The notes under the pieces: generated by a model
Databases searched by the model: none
What the model was told of the DNA's origin: nothing
The model's input: only the letters and a program-made list of their open reading frames with translations
IMG/VR virus record: IMGVR_UViG_3300022178_004478
Span: 1 to 38,528 of that record
Reading direction: 5' to 3' (one strand)
DNA: 38,528 nt
Origin: a virus
Taxonomy: Duplodnaviria; Caudoviricetes
In this document: positions 18,904 through 29,172 of the stretch, in pieces
How the letters are laid out: each line of letters opens with the position of its first letter
Numbering within the stretch: position 1 is the stretch's first letter
Translations under genes and position numbers: made by a program

Positions 18904-19341
18904 ATGGACAAGCACTGGGCAATTGATTATATAGGTTTACCTTGGGTAGCCGGGGGAGTAGGACCCGATGAGTTTGATTGCTGGGGCCTAGTTATAGATG
19001 TTTACTCAAAATTCAAGGGTGTAGAACTACCCAGAATGGCTGGTGTTGATCGGAGGAACCCTGTGGACATCTATAAAGAGATATTAAAATACAGAAAATT
19101 AGAGTCTGTAACCAACATGGGGTTTTATGAAGTTACTCAACCACAAGAGTTTGACATAGCATTACTTGGCAGATCTAATAACTGCCATCATGTTGGGGTA
19201 TTTACAGATGGCTCCGGTAGTGGTATTGTACATTGCGCTGAAGCTTCGGGGGTAGTATTTGAAACCAGGTCCCAACTTAAAATTGAAAGGTACAACAAAA
19301 TATTCTATTACAGATATGGCCAAAGCGATACACATAACTAA
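18904..19341 (+). CDS. Tail-tip NlpC/P60 peptidase (gpK-like)
   Basis: YIGLPW, DCWGLV (catalytic Cys), HHVGV and IVHC motifs. Confidence 0.88.
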   Translation: MDKHWAIDYIGLPWVAGGVGPDEFDCWGLVIDVYSKFKGVELPRMAGVDRRNPVDIYKEILKYRKLESVTNMGFYEVTQPQEFDIALLGRSNNCHHVGVFTDGSGSGIVHCAEASGVVFETRSQLKIERYNKIFYYRYGQSDTHN

Positions 19342-22300
19342 TCCCTTCTCGAAAAAAATCGAAACAATCTTTGATTTCGAGAAAAACGAGACCGTTTTGG
19401 ATGCAGCTGCGAAGTTGTACGGGGATGGTAATGCTGACTTTGTAGTTCCAACAATTTGCATAGTCGGTGACAAACCATTATTGAGAAAAGAGTGGGTGTC
19501 TTATATACCAGAGGACTCCGAGGTTGTAAGCTTTGTTGCAGTGACTGGAAATCCCGTTGTCTACATAATCATAGCCGTCGTTGTTTCTATTGCGGTCAGT
19601 TTGTTAATGGTTGTGACACCCCCCAAAATGGGGTCGATACCTGAACCTGACCCTGTGTTCACCCTACGGGGCCAAACTAATAAAGTAAAGCTGGGTGATC
19701 CAATTGAAGACCACTATGGTCGTGTCAGAATTTTCCCTTCATACGCCGCCATATCTTATAACAAGTACATAGACAATGAACAGTATCTGTATTCTTTGTT
19801 TTGTCTTGGTCAAGGCGAGTTCGAAATTGAGAATGTATTTGTTGAGGATACCAATATCAATAACTTTGACGATACTGAGTATGTAGTCTACGAGCCAGGT
19901 GAAACAGTTGATTTGTTTAGGGACAATGTTGAAACTTCTAACGAGGTTGCTGGGATTGAAATGTTTGGTCCCAATGAGCCTGAATATGACAGTTGGGTTG
20001 GACCCTTCGCCGCTGGTGGGCCACAAAGTTCATCTGACATCATTGAAGTTGATGTCATTATCCCACAGGGCCTAAACTATTCAAACGATGAGGGCGGGCT
20101 AGATAGCCGTACTGTAACTGCATCGTTTCAATATCGGCAAATTGATCAAAATGGTGACCCGGTTGGGAATTGGCTAGTATTAAGTGAGTTCTCAAAGACA
20201 TTGAGAACTGTGACTCCACAAAGATACACCCTGACGAAGGTAGTACCTTCCGGCAGATATGAGGTTCGGGCCAGAAGAACTAATAACAAGGACACAAACT
20301 TCCGCGCAAACAATACTGTCAAGTGGGAGAGTCTCAGAGCTTTTTTGCCAAATGTTGGCAACTATGGTGACGTAACATTGTTGGCTATAAGAGCACGGGC
20401 TAGTAATAACTTTAATGATAGCTCAAGAAGCCAGATCAATTTGTTTGCAACTCGTAAACTGCCAATCTGGAACGGTGTACAATGGTCCAACCCTGTCGCA
20501 ACTCGGTCAGCCGTTTGGGCCATGGCCAACATCTTTAGGTCAATCTATGGAGGCAACGTCACTGAAGATAAGTTCTTCGATCTTGATGATTTCCTTTTAA
20601 AGGATCAACAGCTTAACGCAGAAGGCAGAACTTTCGACTGGACCTTTGATACTAGAGGGACCGTCTGGGAGGATGCCGCAATGGTTTGTAGAGCTGTTCG
20701 TGGAAGGCCACTCTTGAGGGGCTCGATTATAACAATCGCTTTAGAGAGATCAAAAACAATACCAACGGCTGTTTTTGGCCCAAACAATATTGTAAGCGGC
20801 TCACTTGAATGGGACATAAAAATCTACAATCAGAACGAGTACGATGGTATCGAGGCGGAGTACGTTGATCCCATAACTTGGAAATCAGAAGTCCTGGTGT
20901 GTGCGTTGCCAGATTCTGGTGCGGATTACCTAGAGCCAATGAAGTTCCCTGGTATCACCAACAGGGACATTGCTTATCGCGAAGGTATGTACGAGGAAAG
21001 TAAGCGAAGGTACAATAGAGAGAATGTAACCTTCTCGACTGGACTTGAGGGTCACATACCAACTTGGGGTGACTTGATACTTGTTCAGCATGATTTACCA
21101 AAGTGGGGTCAAGGCGGCAGGTTGTTAGCTTTCCAGGGTTTAGTACTACAACTTGATAGTGAGGTTACCTTCACAACTGGTGAGGTTCACCAAGTGGTAT
21201 TGAAAGATAAAACAGGTGCTGCCTCTGGGCCGCACATAGTAACAGAAGTAGTCGGTGACCCTTATAAAGTTGAGCTCCAAAGTCCTATAGACTTAAGCGT
21301 CTTTGATTTTTCTAGTACACATGAGCTACCAATCTTTGCATTTGGTGTGCAGAACCTTGAAGGCAAACTTTTAACCGTTGTTGATGTTTCAACCAATGGT
21401 GAAGAAGAAATCTCGATAACCGGGGTCAACTATGACTCTAGAGTTTTTTACTACGACACACAATCCCCTGCACCTCCGCTACCTGGCCCGAGTGTAATCG
21501 ACTCATGGAGCCTTCCCAAGGTCAATGGCCTTGGCTACAGTTTAAGCAATGATGCAAGTCGTGTCACGATACTCTGGAACGCAATTCGATCCGCGAGATT
21601 GTTCATTGTCCAGTGGTCTGATAATTTAACAACATACATTGATTCGGTAGAGGTTACTGACAATACTCTCACATTGGATGTACCTTACACCCCAATGTAT
21701 ATCCGTGTAGCTGCCGTAACTGATTTAGGTCAAGGACCGTGGTCAGGTGTTACTTTGTCACAAAGTGCTACGGAGGCCGCGGTTCCAGTTCTCCCATCCA
21801 ATGTAACTGTTGTTTCTGGCTATGGCTCGTTGCAAGTATACTGGGATACCCAAGCTGGTGCAGACTTCTATGAAATTTCAGCTAAACCATTTGCAAATGA
21901 TGCACCATCAGCAGATGCCATAAGTGAGATAAACAATTACTTACTAGTTGGGCTGGGTGGTAATGAACTAATATATTTCCGAGTTAGAGCCGTCAAAACA
22001 CTAACAACTGGGACACTGCTTTATTCCGCTTGGTCAAACCCTGTTGAGGGTACGACTAATGTCGTTATAGGTCAAAATTACTACGGACCAACCGCACCAC
22101 CAGACCCTGGTGGGGTTTCAGCGGAAGGTGCAATTTGGTTTGATACTAACGATGGTAATAGAATGTACCGTTGGAGCGGCTCCGCTTGGGTAGACGTTCA
22201 AAAAGTCTTGGAGGCGGATGACTTCGGTCTTGGTATCCGTCCAATTCAGATTGTATCGGCACTCCCAATACTGCCAGATAGTGATTACCCTGATGGCTCA

Positions 22301-24688
22301 CAGGTAACTTTGACCACAGATGACTACAGACTGTACCGTAACAACGGTGGCACCTGGGACTACTCAGTAAATACAGAACAGATCGACAACGGCGCGATCA
22401 CCACCATTAAGATCGAAGATGATGCAATCACCACCATTAAGATCGAAGATGATGCAATCACCAATATCAAGATTATAGATGGTGCCGTTGTAGCGGGTAA
22501 GATTGCGGATGATGCTGTAGTTGCAGCTAACATCGTCAATGGAGAAATCATAGCTGGTAAACTCGGAGATAGTGCTGTAACGGCTGGCTCTATTGCGACT
22601 GATGCTGTAACTGCGGATAAGATCTTAGCTAATTCTATCACAGCCACTAAGATTGATGCCGATGCTGTAACTGCCGATAAGATTGCGGCTAATGCTGTTA
22701 CAACAAGTAAACTTTTGGTCAGTGGCCGTGGCGCGGCTCTTAATGCTGATCCAGGATGCCAAGACTCTTCGGCGTGGGTTAAATATCCTAATAGTTTATC
22801 GAATGCAACTTTTACGACTATCACTGATGGTTTAGTAGGTAACAATGTAATAAGAGGTTCAAACAGGGCATGGTATAACGGGGACGATCGTTTGCCATTC
22901 GACCCAAACAAAACGTATCGTATCCGTGGTGTAGTTAGAAGGTCTTCCGCCACCGCTGATGGGACATGCTACCTTGGGGTCGCATTGTTTGATTCTAATG
23001 GCACCAACATAAGTGGCAATGGCACCCAGTGGTTTTATGCAGGTGGTGGGAGTTTTCTCCCTGGTACTGATTTTACACTTCGCTCCGATGAGTTTGGCTT
23101 TGATACGACCGAAACCTTCCCAGCCAATGCCAGAACGATGGCACCTTTAATTATTCTCAGTTATAATGCTACTACTGGATACATGGAGGCCCAAGATATT
23201 CGTATAGAAGAGAAAATCAATGGTGAGTTGATAGTGGACGGGGCGATTACTGCCGATAAGATTGAGGCTAATGCCGTTACTGCCGATAAGATTGAGGCTA
23301 ATGCCGTTACTGCCGATAAGATCTTAGCTAATTCCGTAACTGCCGATAAGATCTTAGCTAATTCCGTAACTGCCGATAAGATTGCAGCTAATAGTATAAC
23401 TGCATCAAAACTTACACTTGGTGGGACTACTGGTAACATTGTAGGAACCTCTAACCTGACCGATTATTCCTACTGGACTCTTGTACAGGGTACAAATTTA
23501 ACTTTTCAAAACCCTTCCAATCCGGTCACTTGGAATTCTACTAAGGTTGCCAAGTTGGGCGACAATGCAAATGTTATAGTTGTAGACGGCAAAACTTTCG
23601 AGGTTGAGCCAGGTGATGTAATAAGTGCAAGATACAAAGCATATATAAATTCCGGCACTGCGGGGACTGTATATATGGACATTAAGTACTCCCAGAATGA
23701 AGATTTCACTGGTACCTTATCGTACGGTTACTTCTCAAATGGGTATATCCCATATAATGTTCTTACAACTGTCGAAGGTAAAGCTGCACCAGTCCCCACC
23801 GGTTACAGATTTGCAAAAATCAGGATGGTCAAACTTGATAATGGCCCACTCCGTGCATACTTTGGGGACACATATTTTAAAAAAGCTATAGACACGCGCT
23901 TGATAGTAGACGGAGCTATTGAAGCTTCCCAAATTTCAGCGGGTGCAATCACCGCCGATGCGATAGGTACCAACGAGATTGTTGCTAGCCTGGCCAACTT
24001 GTCCCAGGCTGTGATTGATGATCTATCTGTTGGAAGTATATCTGCGGGTGACATCACAACGGGTACAATTGACTCCGCTGTGTTTAACCTGAATGGCACT
24101 GGTGGTGTGATTAAATCTGATAACTTTAACGCAACAAATCTTACAGGGTTCCAGATTCGGGGCAACGGTGACGCGCAGTTTAATGATGTAGTCATGAACA
24201 ATGGTGTATTCCACGGTCGAATTGAGGGCAGTCAGATTGTGGTTGATAATGATGTTTACCTTTATCGTAGCGATGCTCTAACGAAACCTGCGGTGCCTAC
24301 TTTATATAAACATGAGATAGCTTCTTTTTCCCGCGTTAGTCCTGTGCTAACAATATACGCTTGGAATGCTCCGGGAGCTACCACAGAAAATCGGTTTATC
24401 AAATCAAGCCCAAAGGTAGTCCTTACTGGTTCCTGTACTGGAGAGGGGAGTAATGGATTTCTACTACAACGGAATTTGAATGGGGCTGGTTGGGTTACAA
24501 TCTATACAGGACAAACTTTAACGGTACGCTACCGCGCTGGGGATGGTTTTGATGAAGCTTCAATTGGATCATTAACCTACATTGATTCTGTGCCCGGACA
24601 GTCAGGAACCGAATACGTAAAATATCGGACATATAACAATTGGGAGCAAGATAATTTATCGATATCTTTACAAATCAGCAACTGGTAA
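19316..24688 (+). CDS. Tail tip / host-specificity protein J (with an N-terminal gpI-like region, FN3-like domains and repeat stalks)
   Basis: Likely ATG at 19316; GDPIEDHYGR...YLYSLFCLGQG and YEVRARR motifs of J-type proteins; FN3-like segments; decapeptide repeats. Confidence 0.88.
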   Translation: MAKAIHITNPFSKKIETIFDFEKNETVLDAAAKLYGDGNADFVVPTICIVGDKPLLRKEWVSYIPEDSEVVSFVAVTGNPVVYIIIAVVVSIAVSLLMVVTPPKMGSIPEPDPVFTLRGQTNKVKLGDPIEDHYGRVRIFPSYAAISYNKYIDNEQYLYSLFCLGQGEFEIENVFVEDTNINNFDDTEYVVYEPGETVDLFRDNVETSNEVAGIEMFGPNEPEYDSWVGPFAAGGPQSSSDIIEVDVIIPQGLNYSNDEGGLDSRTVTASFQYRQIDQNGDPVGNWLVLSEFSKTLRTVTPQRYTLTKVVPSGRYEVRARRTNNKDTNFRANNTVKWESLRAFLPNVGNYGDVTLLAIRARASNNFNDSSRSQINLFATRKLPIWNGVQWSNPVATRSAVWAMANIFRSIYGGNVTEDKFFDLDDFLLKDQQLNAEGRTFDWTFDTRGTVWEDAAMVCRAVRGRPLLRGSIITIALERSKTIPTAVFGPNNIVSGSLEWDIKIYNQNEYDGIEAEYVDPITWKSEVLVCALPDSGADYLEPMKFPGITNRDIAYREGMYEESKRRYNRENVTFSTGLEGHIPTWGDLILVQHDLPKWGQGGRLLAFQGLVLQLDSEVTFTTGEVHQVVLKDKTGAASGPHIVTEVVGDPYKVELQSPIDLSVFDFSSTHELPIFAFGVQNLEGKLLTVVDVSTNGEEEISITGVNYDSRVFYYDTQSPAPPLPGPSVIDSWSLPKVNGLGYSLSNDASRVTILWNAIRSARLFIVQWSDNLTTYIDSVEVTDNTLTLDVPYTPMYIRVAAVTDLGQGPWSGVTLSQSATEAAVPVLPSNVTVVSGYGSLQVYWDTQAGADFYEISAKPFANDAPSADAISEINNYLLVGLGGNELIYFRVRAVKTLTTGTLLYSAWSNPVEGTTNVVIGQNYYGPTAPPDPGGVSAEGAIWFDTNDGNRMYRWSGSAWVDVQKVLEADDFGLGIRPIQIVSALPILPDSDYPDGSQVTLTTDDYRLYRNNGGTWDYSVNTEQIDNGAITTIKIEDDAITTIKIEDDAITNIKIIDGAVVAGKIADDAVVAANIVNGEIIAGKLGDSAVTAGSIATDAVTADKILANSITATKIDADAVTADKIAANAVTTSKLLVSGRGAALNADPGCQDSSAWVKYPNSLSNATFTTITDGLVGNNVIRGSNRAWYNGDDRLPFDPNKTYRIRGVVRRSSATADGTCYLGVALFDSNGTNISGNGTQWFYAGGGSFLPGTDFTLRSDEFGFDTTETFPANARTMAPLIILSYNATTGYMEAQDIRIEEKINGELIVDGAITADKIEANAVTADKIEANAVTADKILANSVTADKILANSVTADKIAANSITASKLTLGGTTGNIVGTSNLTDYSYWTLVQGTNLTFQNPSNPVTWNSTKVAKLGDNANVIVVDGKTFEVEPGDVISARYKAYINSGTAGTVYMDIKYSQNEDFTGTLSYGYFSNGYIPYNVLTTVEGKAAPVPTGYRFAKIRMVKLDNGPLRAYFGDTYFKKAIDTRLIVDGAIEASQISAGAITADAIGTNEIVASLANLSQAVIDDLSVGSISAGDITTGTIDSAVFNLNGTGGVIKSDNFNATNLTGFQIRGNGDAQFNDVVMNNGVFHGRIEGSQIVVDNDVYLYRSDALTKPAVPTLYKHEIASFSRVSPVLTIYAWNAPGATTENRFIKSSPKVVLTGSCTGEGSNGFLLQRNLNGAGWVTIYTGQTLTVRYRAGDGFDEASIGSLTYIDSVPGQSGTEYVKYRTYNNWEQDNLSISLQISNW
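22391..22710 (+). repeat. 30-bp/10-aa repeat array 1 in J (AITTIKIEDD, AVTADKILAN...)
   Basis: About 11 decapeptide units; the first units are near-identical at the DNA level (22397-22463). Confidence 0.9.
23243..23412 (+). repeat. 30-bp/10-aa repeat array 2 in J (AVTADKIEAN)
   Basis: ACTGCCGATAAGAT... recurs every 30 bp, five times, plus a degenerate sixth unit. Confidence 0.92.
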
Positions 24689-24696
24689 AAAAAATT

Positions 24697-25011
24697 ATGG
24701 CACTACTAAAAACACACACATTAGAAAATGGTATCCCCATTGAATACTGGGCAGTCAAACAGTCCACTGAGTTTGATTATCACGCTCAGGTCTGCCGCTT
24801 GTGGATTCTAGCATGGATCAGTAAAGCAACCAGGGACGGTGGCTCAGGATACGTACACCAGGCGACCCGTGATTACTATGTTAGCGTTGAAGACTTCAAC
24901 ACCTACTTCTCCGACGAGGTTCTTAAGCAAGAAGGTAATTCATTTAACTCCCAGGCTTATGCATACATCTTGGCAAATGATCCATTCTTTGCGGACGCTG
25001 TTGAAATCTAA
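24697..25011 (+). CDS. Hypothetical protein, possibly a tail-tip accessory/chaperone
   Basis: 104 aa after J with an A-rich leader; its stop overlaps the stop of the convergent helicase. Confidence 0.6.
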   Translation: MALLKTHTLENGIPIEYWAVKQSTEFDYHAQVCRLWILAWISKATRDGGSGYVHQATRDYYVSVEDFNTYFSDEVLKQEGNSFNSQAYAYILANDPFFADAVEI

Positions 25012-26372
25012 ACTCTTGCGAGATCTTGCAGATTTTTAACAGCGGCCAGGAAACCATCCTGGCCCTCGCCACGTGCCCTGAGAGACTCGAGGACTGCGTC
25101 ATCTACAGTCCCAGTGCAGACAATCCTCACAACCCTTGTCTCTTCTTTTTGACCGGTTCTTGCAAGACGGGCGTTGAACTGATCATACAGTTCCCTCGAC
25201 CAGGTCGGTGAAAACCAAACCGCTATACGGCCACCGTCCTGCAACCGATCAACACCATGTCCGATTGATCGGGGATCGGCTACAAGCATGGGTATCTTAC
25301 CGGCGACCCACCTATCAAGGGTATCTTCACGAAATAGCTCAGCCCCCTTGCAGGATTTCAAGATTCTTGACTGCTCATGCTTGAAGGCAGTGGCCACTAG
25401 GATGGGCCCAGGGTTGTCCTTTTGAAACTTCTTTAGTGCTTTGATCTTGTTGTCATGGACTAGGCCGACAGAACGATTCTCATCGTATACAGCCCCAGAG
25501 GTTACCTGTAAAAGTTTGTTCATTTTCACCGCAGCATTTACCGCCACCACTTCTTTCCCATCCTCCAGCTCGGCCAGGAACTCCTTCTGGAGTTCTTTGT
25601 ATATCTTGGCCGCCTCCTTTGGCAAAGAAACCTCAATGTCCTCAACGCTTGTTGGGGGTATGTCTAGCCAATCCTCGGACCTAAGTACCAAAGAGAGATC
25701 GGAAAGCTTCCCGGTTACAACCTCATCAGCCCCGGGACGTGCTAGCCATTTTGGGAACTGTGAAAAAGCATTGTCAGGTTTTAGATAAGCCTGGCGAAAC
25801 CCATAGAATGATTTGCCCAAAAGATCGCCGCCATCTAGAAGGCGGATTTGAGAGAAAAGATCAATGATACCATTCGGTCTTGGGGTGCCGGTAAGGCCCC
25901 AGTGGCGGTCAAACAAATCCCTGTACTTGCGGATGGTGTTTATCCGTTTGCTGCTATGTGATTTAGCCTTAGAGAGCTCGTCCCATATGATGGTGTCCAC
26001 TGGCATGTCTTCTTTGTTAACGCCCTCAAGGCAAGACTTACAGAATTGTGGTATCCTTTCGTAGTTGAGCAAATAGATATCAGCGGAGCCATCCTTCCAT
26101 GCTTGCATACCCTCCCTGGTTCTCAGCAACGCAACCCTCATCCATTTAAACTTATCCCACTTCTGGATTTCATAAGGCCAAGTTAACACTGACACTCTAA
26201 GGGGTGCCACAATTAGCGCACCCTTTGTGGCACCCTCACAAAAAAGATCGTCCAGTGCCGAGAGTGTCATTGATGACTTGCCCAACCCCATCCCGGCAAA
26301 GAGTGCGGCTACATTCCGATCTTTCAACCATTTGATTCCTATGTCTTGGTGTTTAAGGGGCTGGAATTGCAT
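25008..26372 (-). CDS. SNF2-family (SF2) helicase
   Basis: GMGLGKS (Walker A), IIWDELS (Walker B), LTGTP (motif III) and QFNARLARTGQ (motif VI). Confidence 0.92.
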   Translation of the reverse strand: MQFQPLKHQDIGIKWLKDRNVAALFAGMGLGKSSMTLSALDDLFCEGATKGALIVAPLRVSVLTWPYEIQKWDKFKWMRVALLRTREGMQAWKDGSADIYLLNYERIPQFCKSCLEGVNKEDMPVDTIIWDELSKAKSHSSKRINTIRKYRDLFDRHWGLTGTPRPNGIIDLFSQIRLLDGGDLLGKSFYGFRQAYLKPDNAFSQFPKWLARPGADEVVTGKLSDLSLVLRSEDWLDIPPTSVEDIEVSLPKEAAKIYKELQKEFLAELEDGKEVVAVNAAVKMNKLLQVTSGAVYDENRSVGLVHDNKIKALKKFQKDNPGPILVATAFKHEQSRILKSCKGAELFREDTLDRWVAGKIPMLVADPRSIGHGVDRLQDGGRIAVWFSPTWSRELYDQFNARLARTGQKEETRVVRIVCTGTVDDAVLESLRARGEGQDGFLAAVKNLQDLARV

Positions 26373-26538
26373 CTGATATTCTCACTATTCTTTCTTTCTG
26401 ACTACGGGTAAAGGACCTAAGAGTGTCCATCTTTTTAACGAACTTACGATCTTCTCTGCTCATCAACTTGTAGAACTTAGGCTTCTTAAGCCTATAAAGC
26501 ACAGACTTTAATTCAAAAAAGTTTGGTGGGTTCTTCAT
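26353..26538 (-). CDS. Small basic hypothetical protein
   Basis: ATG at 26538 overlaps the VRR-NUC stop (ATGA); fills the gap to the helicase. Confidence 0.5.
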   Translation of the reverse strand: MKNPPNFFELKSVLYRLKKPKFYKLMSREDRKFVKKMDTLRSFTRSQKERIVRISDAIPAP

Positions 26539-26813
26539 TTGCAAATTGAATCAATGAGAAGCTTCCCCGAAATAACATCGTCACACCAAGCAGCGTTGGC
26601 GTTGTTTTCTTTCAGCTTATTAATTTCACGAAGTTGAAGTTTAGTTGGCTTTTTACCTGGGGCTTTAAGCTCAAGAAAAAGAACCTCCCCTGATGGTGAT
26701 ATTACTATTCTATCCGGTACACCCCTGTTGCTCGGAGATGAAAACTTATAGTATATGCAACCTCTCGATTTGGCGTAACTACCTATTTTCTTCTCAACTT
26801 CCTTTTCAAGCAT
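26535..26813 (-). CDS. VRR-NUC domain nuclease
   Basis: LEKEVE...GVPDRIV...FLELK...Q PD-(D/E)XK signature; next to the SNF2 helicase as in APSE-like phages. Confidence 0.9.
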   Translation of the reverse strand: MLEKEVEKKIGSYAKSRGCIYYKFSSPSNRGVPDRIVISPSGEVLFLELKAPGKKPTKLQLREINKLKENNANAAWCDDVISGKLLIDSICK

Positions 26814-27111
26814 AGGACAAAGTAACCGGTATCATTTGTTTCTTGGGATTAGATTCTATAATCTTCCCCATGATAATGACCCGCTCCGCCTTTTGCAAAC
26901 GGATTATAAATTTATTGATCATTGGGGAGCGTGGTCTCTTCCTTTCGAGTTCAATAAGGATTAACTTTTTTAGGTCTTCCGCTGATGGTGGATTGCTAGA
27001 AAGAGCGGAATTCATTGCATTCCAGCAGTTTAAATAACCCGCGCTTTTCAAGCGCAGTCTGTCCTCTTGAGTAACCTCAGGAGTTTCCGGGAATGGTTTA
27101 AAATTTTTCAT
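26806..27111 (-). CDS. Hypothetical protein
   Basis: 101-aa ORF preceded by a TTGACT promoter-like element (27144-27149). Confidence 0.6.
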   Translation of the reverse strand: MKNFKPFPETPEVTQEDRLRLKSAGYLNCWNAMNSALSSNPPSAEDLKKLILIELERKRPRSPMINKFIIRLQKAERVIIMGKIIESNPKKQMIPVTLSYA

Positions 27112-27152
27112 GGTACATATAATAAATGGTTTTTAATCTTTTTAGTCAAGGT

Positions 27153-29171
27153 TTAGTCTTTGCGATAGAATGGCACCTCAGAACCCTCCGCTTCAATTGG
27201 CAGACCGTCCGCCCATTCTGGTAAATCACATAGTATCTCACAGAACTCTTCGATGCTTTGACCAGGCTTGATCTTGGCAAGGGCCTGGTCGTGAACCAGC
27301 ATGAATATCTCATAGCCTTTGGCCTGTGCCTTCACAGCACCGTTTGACATAACGTCACCGGCCACGGCTTGAGTTGCATTCTCTAAAAGCTTACCACCAT
27401 AGGTTGATACCCAGCCCCACATGTTGGACTTACCCGGCACCTTACCCCAGAATACTATCTCTTGGCTCTTGTAAGTGTCCCCCTTGTAAGTCTTCTCGAC
27501 CATATCCAACCGAGCTCTTGGATAGATCAAGCAGTGGCCACTTGGTACACGCATTATTAGAGCGGGGAAACCACACTCATTGCCGTAGCAAAATACTACC
27601 TTGTCAGTGCCATTGAACTTAGTCCCTGGAGCCTTGATAGCGGCCTTGGCAGCTTCATTGATTGACTTCCAAGATGCTGAGACCCTGTTGTTTACCTTTC
27701 GGAAAGTTTTGATTGCGCGGCTGGCTAGGTCTGTGCTGACATTTTGTCCATATGCCTCGCAAGTACCCTTGAACTTGTCCTCGCCCATGCCGAAACCGCA
27801 ACCTAGGACCGCTTGCTTGCCAACAAACCTTTGTTCTTTGGTGACCTCCTCGGGCTCTATGCCAAAGATGTGTGATGACATAACCTTGTAGATATCTTTA
27901 TTGGCCCTGAATAGATCAAGGCTATCCTCCTGATCACAGAGCCAGCAAACGATCCTAGCCTCAATAGATGCGTAGTCAGCGTCAAAGAATCCACGCTCCC
28001 CCTTGGGCTGAATGAAATGCCTTATACAAGATGCAATTGCAAGAAGCGGGTTGTCATAAAGCATCTCTAAGGTGTCTAACTCGAGTGCACCAGAACAAAG
28101 AGTACTGTAAAAATTTTCAGTGTCTTTGATTTCAGGCCGTTTAAAGTTTTGTGGCTGGATAATTCTGCCAGCCCATCTGTGCGTCCTTTCGGCACCGGAC
28201 CACATGAGTGCACCACGGACGTGCCCATCTGAGTTAGCCGCCGACAACATGGTTGGTATCTTTTTTAGAGCTGCGAAGCCTAGAAGTGATCGCATCTTTA
28301 AAGCTTCATATGCAATCGGTTCCATTCCGATTGCCTTAGGGTCAGTTCCCAAAACACCTGAGACCGTTGCAACCTGTAGGTTCTTACCAGGATATCCCTT
28401 GGACTGGAGCCACTCAACAAATTTTATTGTTTGAGTTGGTCTAAGGCCAACGATTTTCTCAAACTTTACCGAAAGCTTTTCGTTAAATTCATTTACTAGT
28501 TTGTCTGTAAACAAAAGACCGTCTACGTTTACTGGCACACCACGGTCGTTCATTTTTGCATCAAACAAAAATCCTTCTAGCGGATCACCTTTAAGATCAA
28601 ACTTCTTTAAAGCTTTGTGGACCTTCTGTTCGGTCCGGACATCCTGGAGACAGTAGTATCCGAAATCTTTAAACTCATCGGGTCTATCCTCAGGCATCAA
28701 TCTAAGACCTTTGTTTTCACCCGTTGAAGCTGGGATGCTAAACATACGAATAAGCTTCATACCGGAAGTGTCCTTTAACTCGTCAAGACCTAGGAAGGAA
28801 GCGCACTTTGCAAGGCTTGAGGGTATTGCGGCACGTCGAGCCATGGAAGCCGTACAACGCCATTGTGTTACATCAGGTACAGGTAAAGAGAATGTCTTAG
28901 TCCAATTGTACTTAGAGATGGCATTTTCAAATTGTGAATTGTGTGCATAGATCAAGGCATCCTTGTTTTCAGATACCTCACGCAAGAGTTTCAATGCTGG
29001 TGCATTTTCTTTCTCACTTGCATTTACTGACCAAAGTACGGGCTCTGAATCCCCCTCCGCAATAGCGCAGAGGAGGATCTTAGTTGAGGGGTCTTCAGCA
29101 TACCTATAAGCACCATACTTTTTAAGGTCAGCACAACTGAAGGTCTCAAAGTCTAAATGGTATAAAGCCAT
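27153..29171 (-). CDS. polA: DNA polymerase, family A, with 3'-5' exonuclease
   Basis: ExoI LDFET, ExoII AHNSQFE, ExoIII YCLQDV; polymerase motif A DYASIEAR, motif B RFVGKQAVLGCGFG, motif C LVHDQ. Confidence 0.95.
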   Translation of the reverse strand: MALYHLDFETFSCADLKKYGAYRYAEDPSTKILLCAIAEGDSEPVLWSVNASEKENAPALKLLREVSENKDALIYAHNSQFENAISKYNWTKTFSLPVPDVTQWRCTASMARRAAIPSSLAKCASFLGLDELKDTSGMKLIRMFSIPASTGENKGLRLMPEDRPDEFKDFGYYCLQDVRTEQKVHKALKKFDLKGDPLEGFLFDAKMNDRGVPVNVDGLLFTDKLVNEFNEKLSVKFEKIVGLRPTQTIKFVEWLQSKGYPGKNLQVATVSGVLGTDPKAIGMEPIAYEALKMRSLLGFAALKKIPTMLSAANSDGHVRGALMWSGAERTHRWAGRIIQPQNFKRPEIKDTENFYSTLCSGALELDTLEMLYDNPLLAIASCIRHFIQPKGERGFFDADYASIEARIVCWLCDQEDSLDLFRANKDIYKVMSSHIFGIEPEEVTKEQRFVGKQAVLGCGFGMGEDKFKGTCEAYGQNVSTDLASRAIKTFRKVNNRVSASWKSINEAAKAAIKAPGTKFNGTDKVVFCYGNECGFPALIMRVPSGHCLIYPRARLDMVEKTYKGDTYKSQEIVFWGKVPGKSNMWGWVSTYGGKLLENATQAVAGDVMSNGAVKAQAKGYEIFMLVHDQALAKIKPGQSIEEFCEILCDLPEWADGLPIEAEGSEVPFYRKD

Positions 29172-29172
29172 A

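Noticed and set aside
22360-22953. 197-aa antisense ORF (also 23161-23439 and 13667-14017)
   Set aside because: Shadow ORFs caused by the repetitive codon pattern of fibre repeats on the sense strand.
13299-24688. Diversity-generating retroelement acting on the fibre or J
   Set aside because: No reverse transcriptase and no TR/VR pair differing at adenines was seen; the repeats are simple in-frame tandem units.
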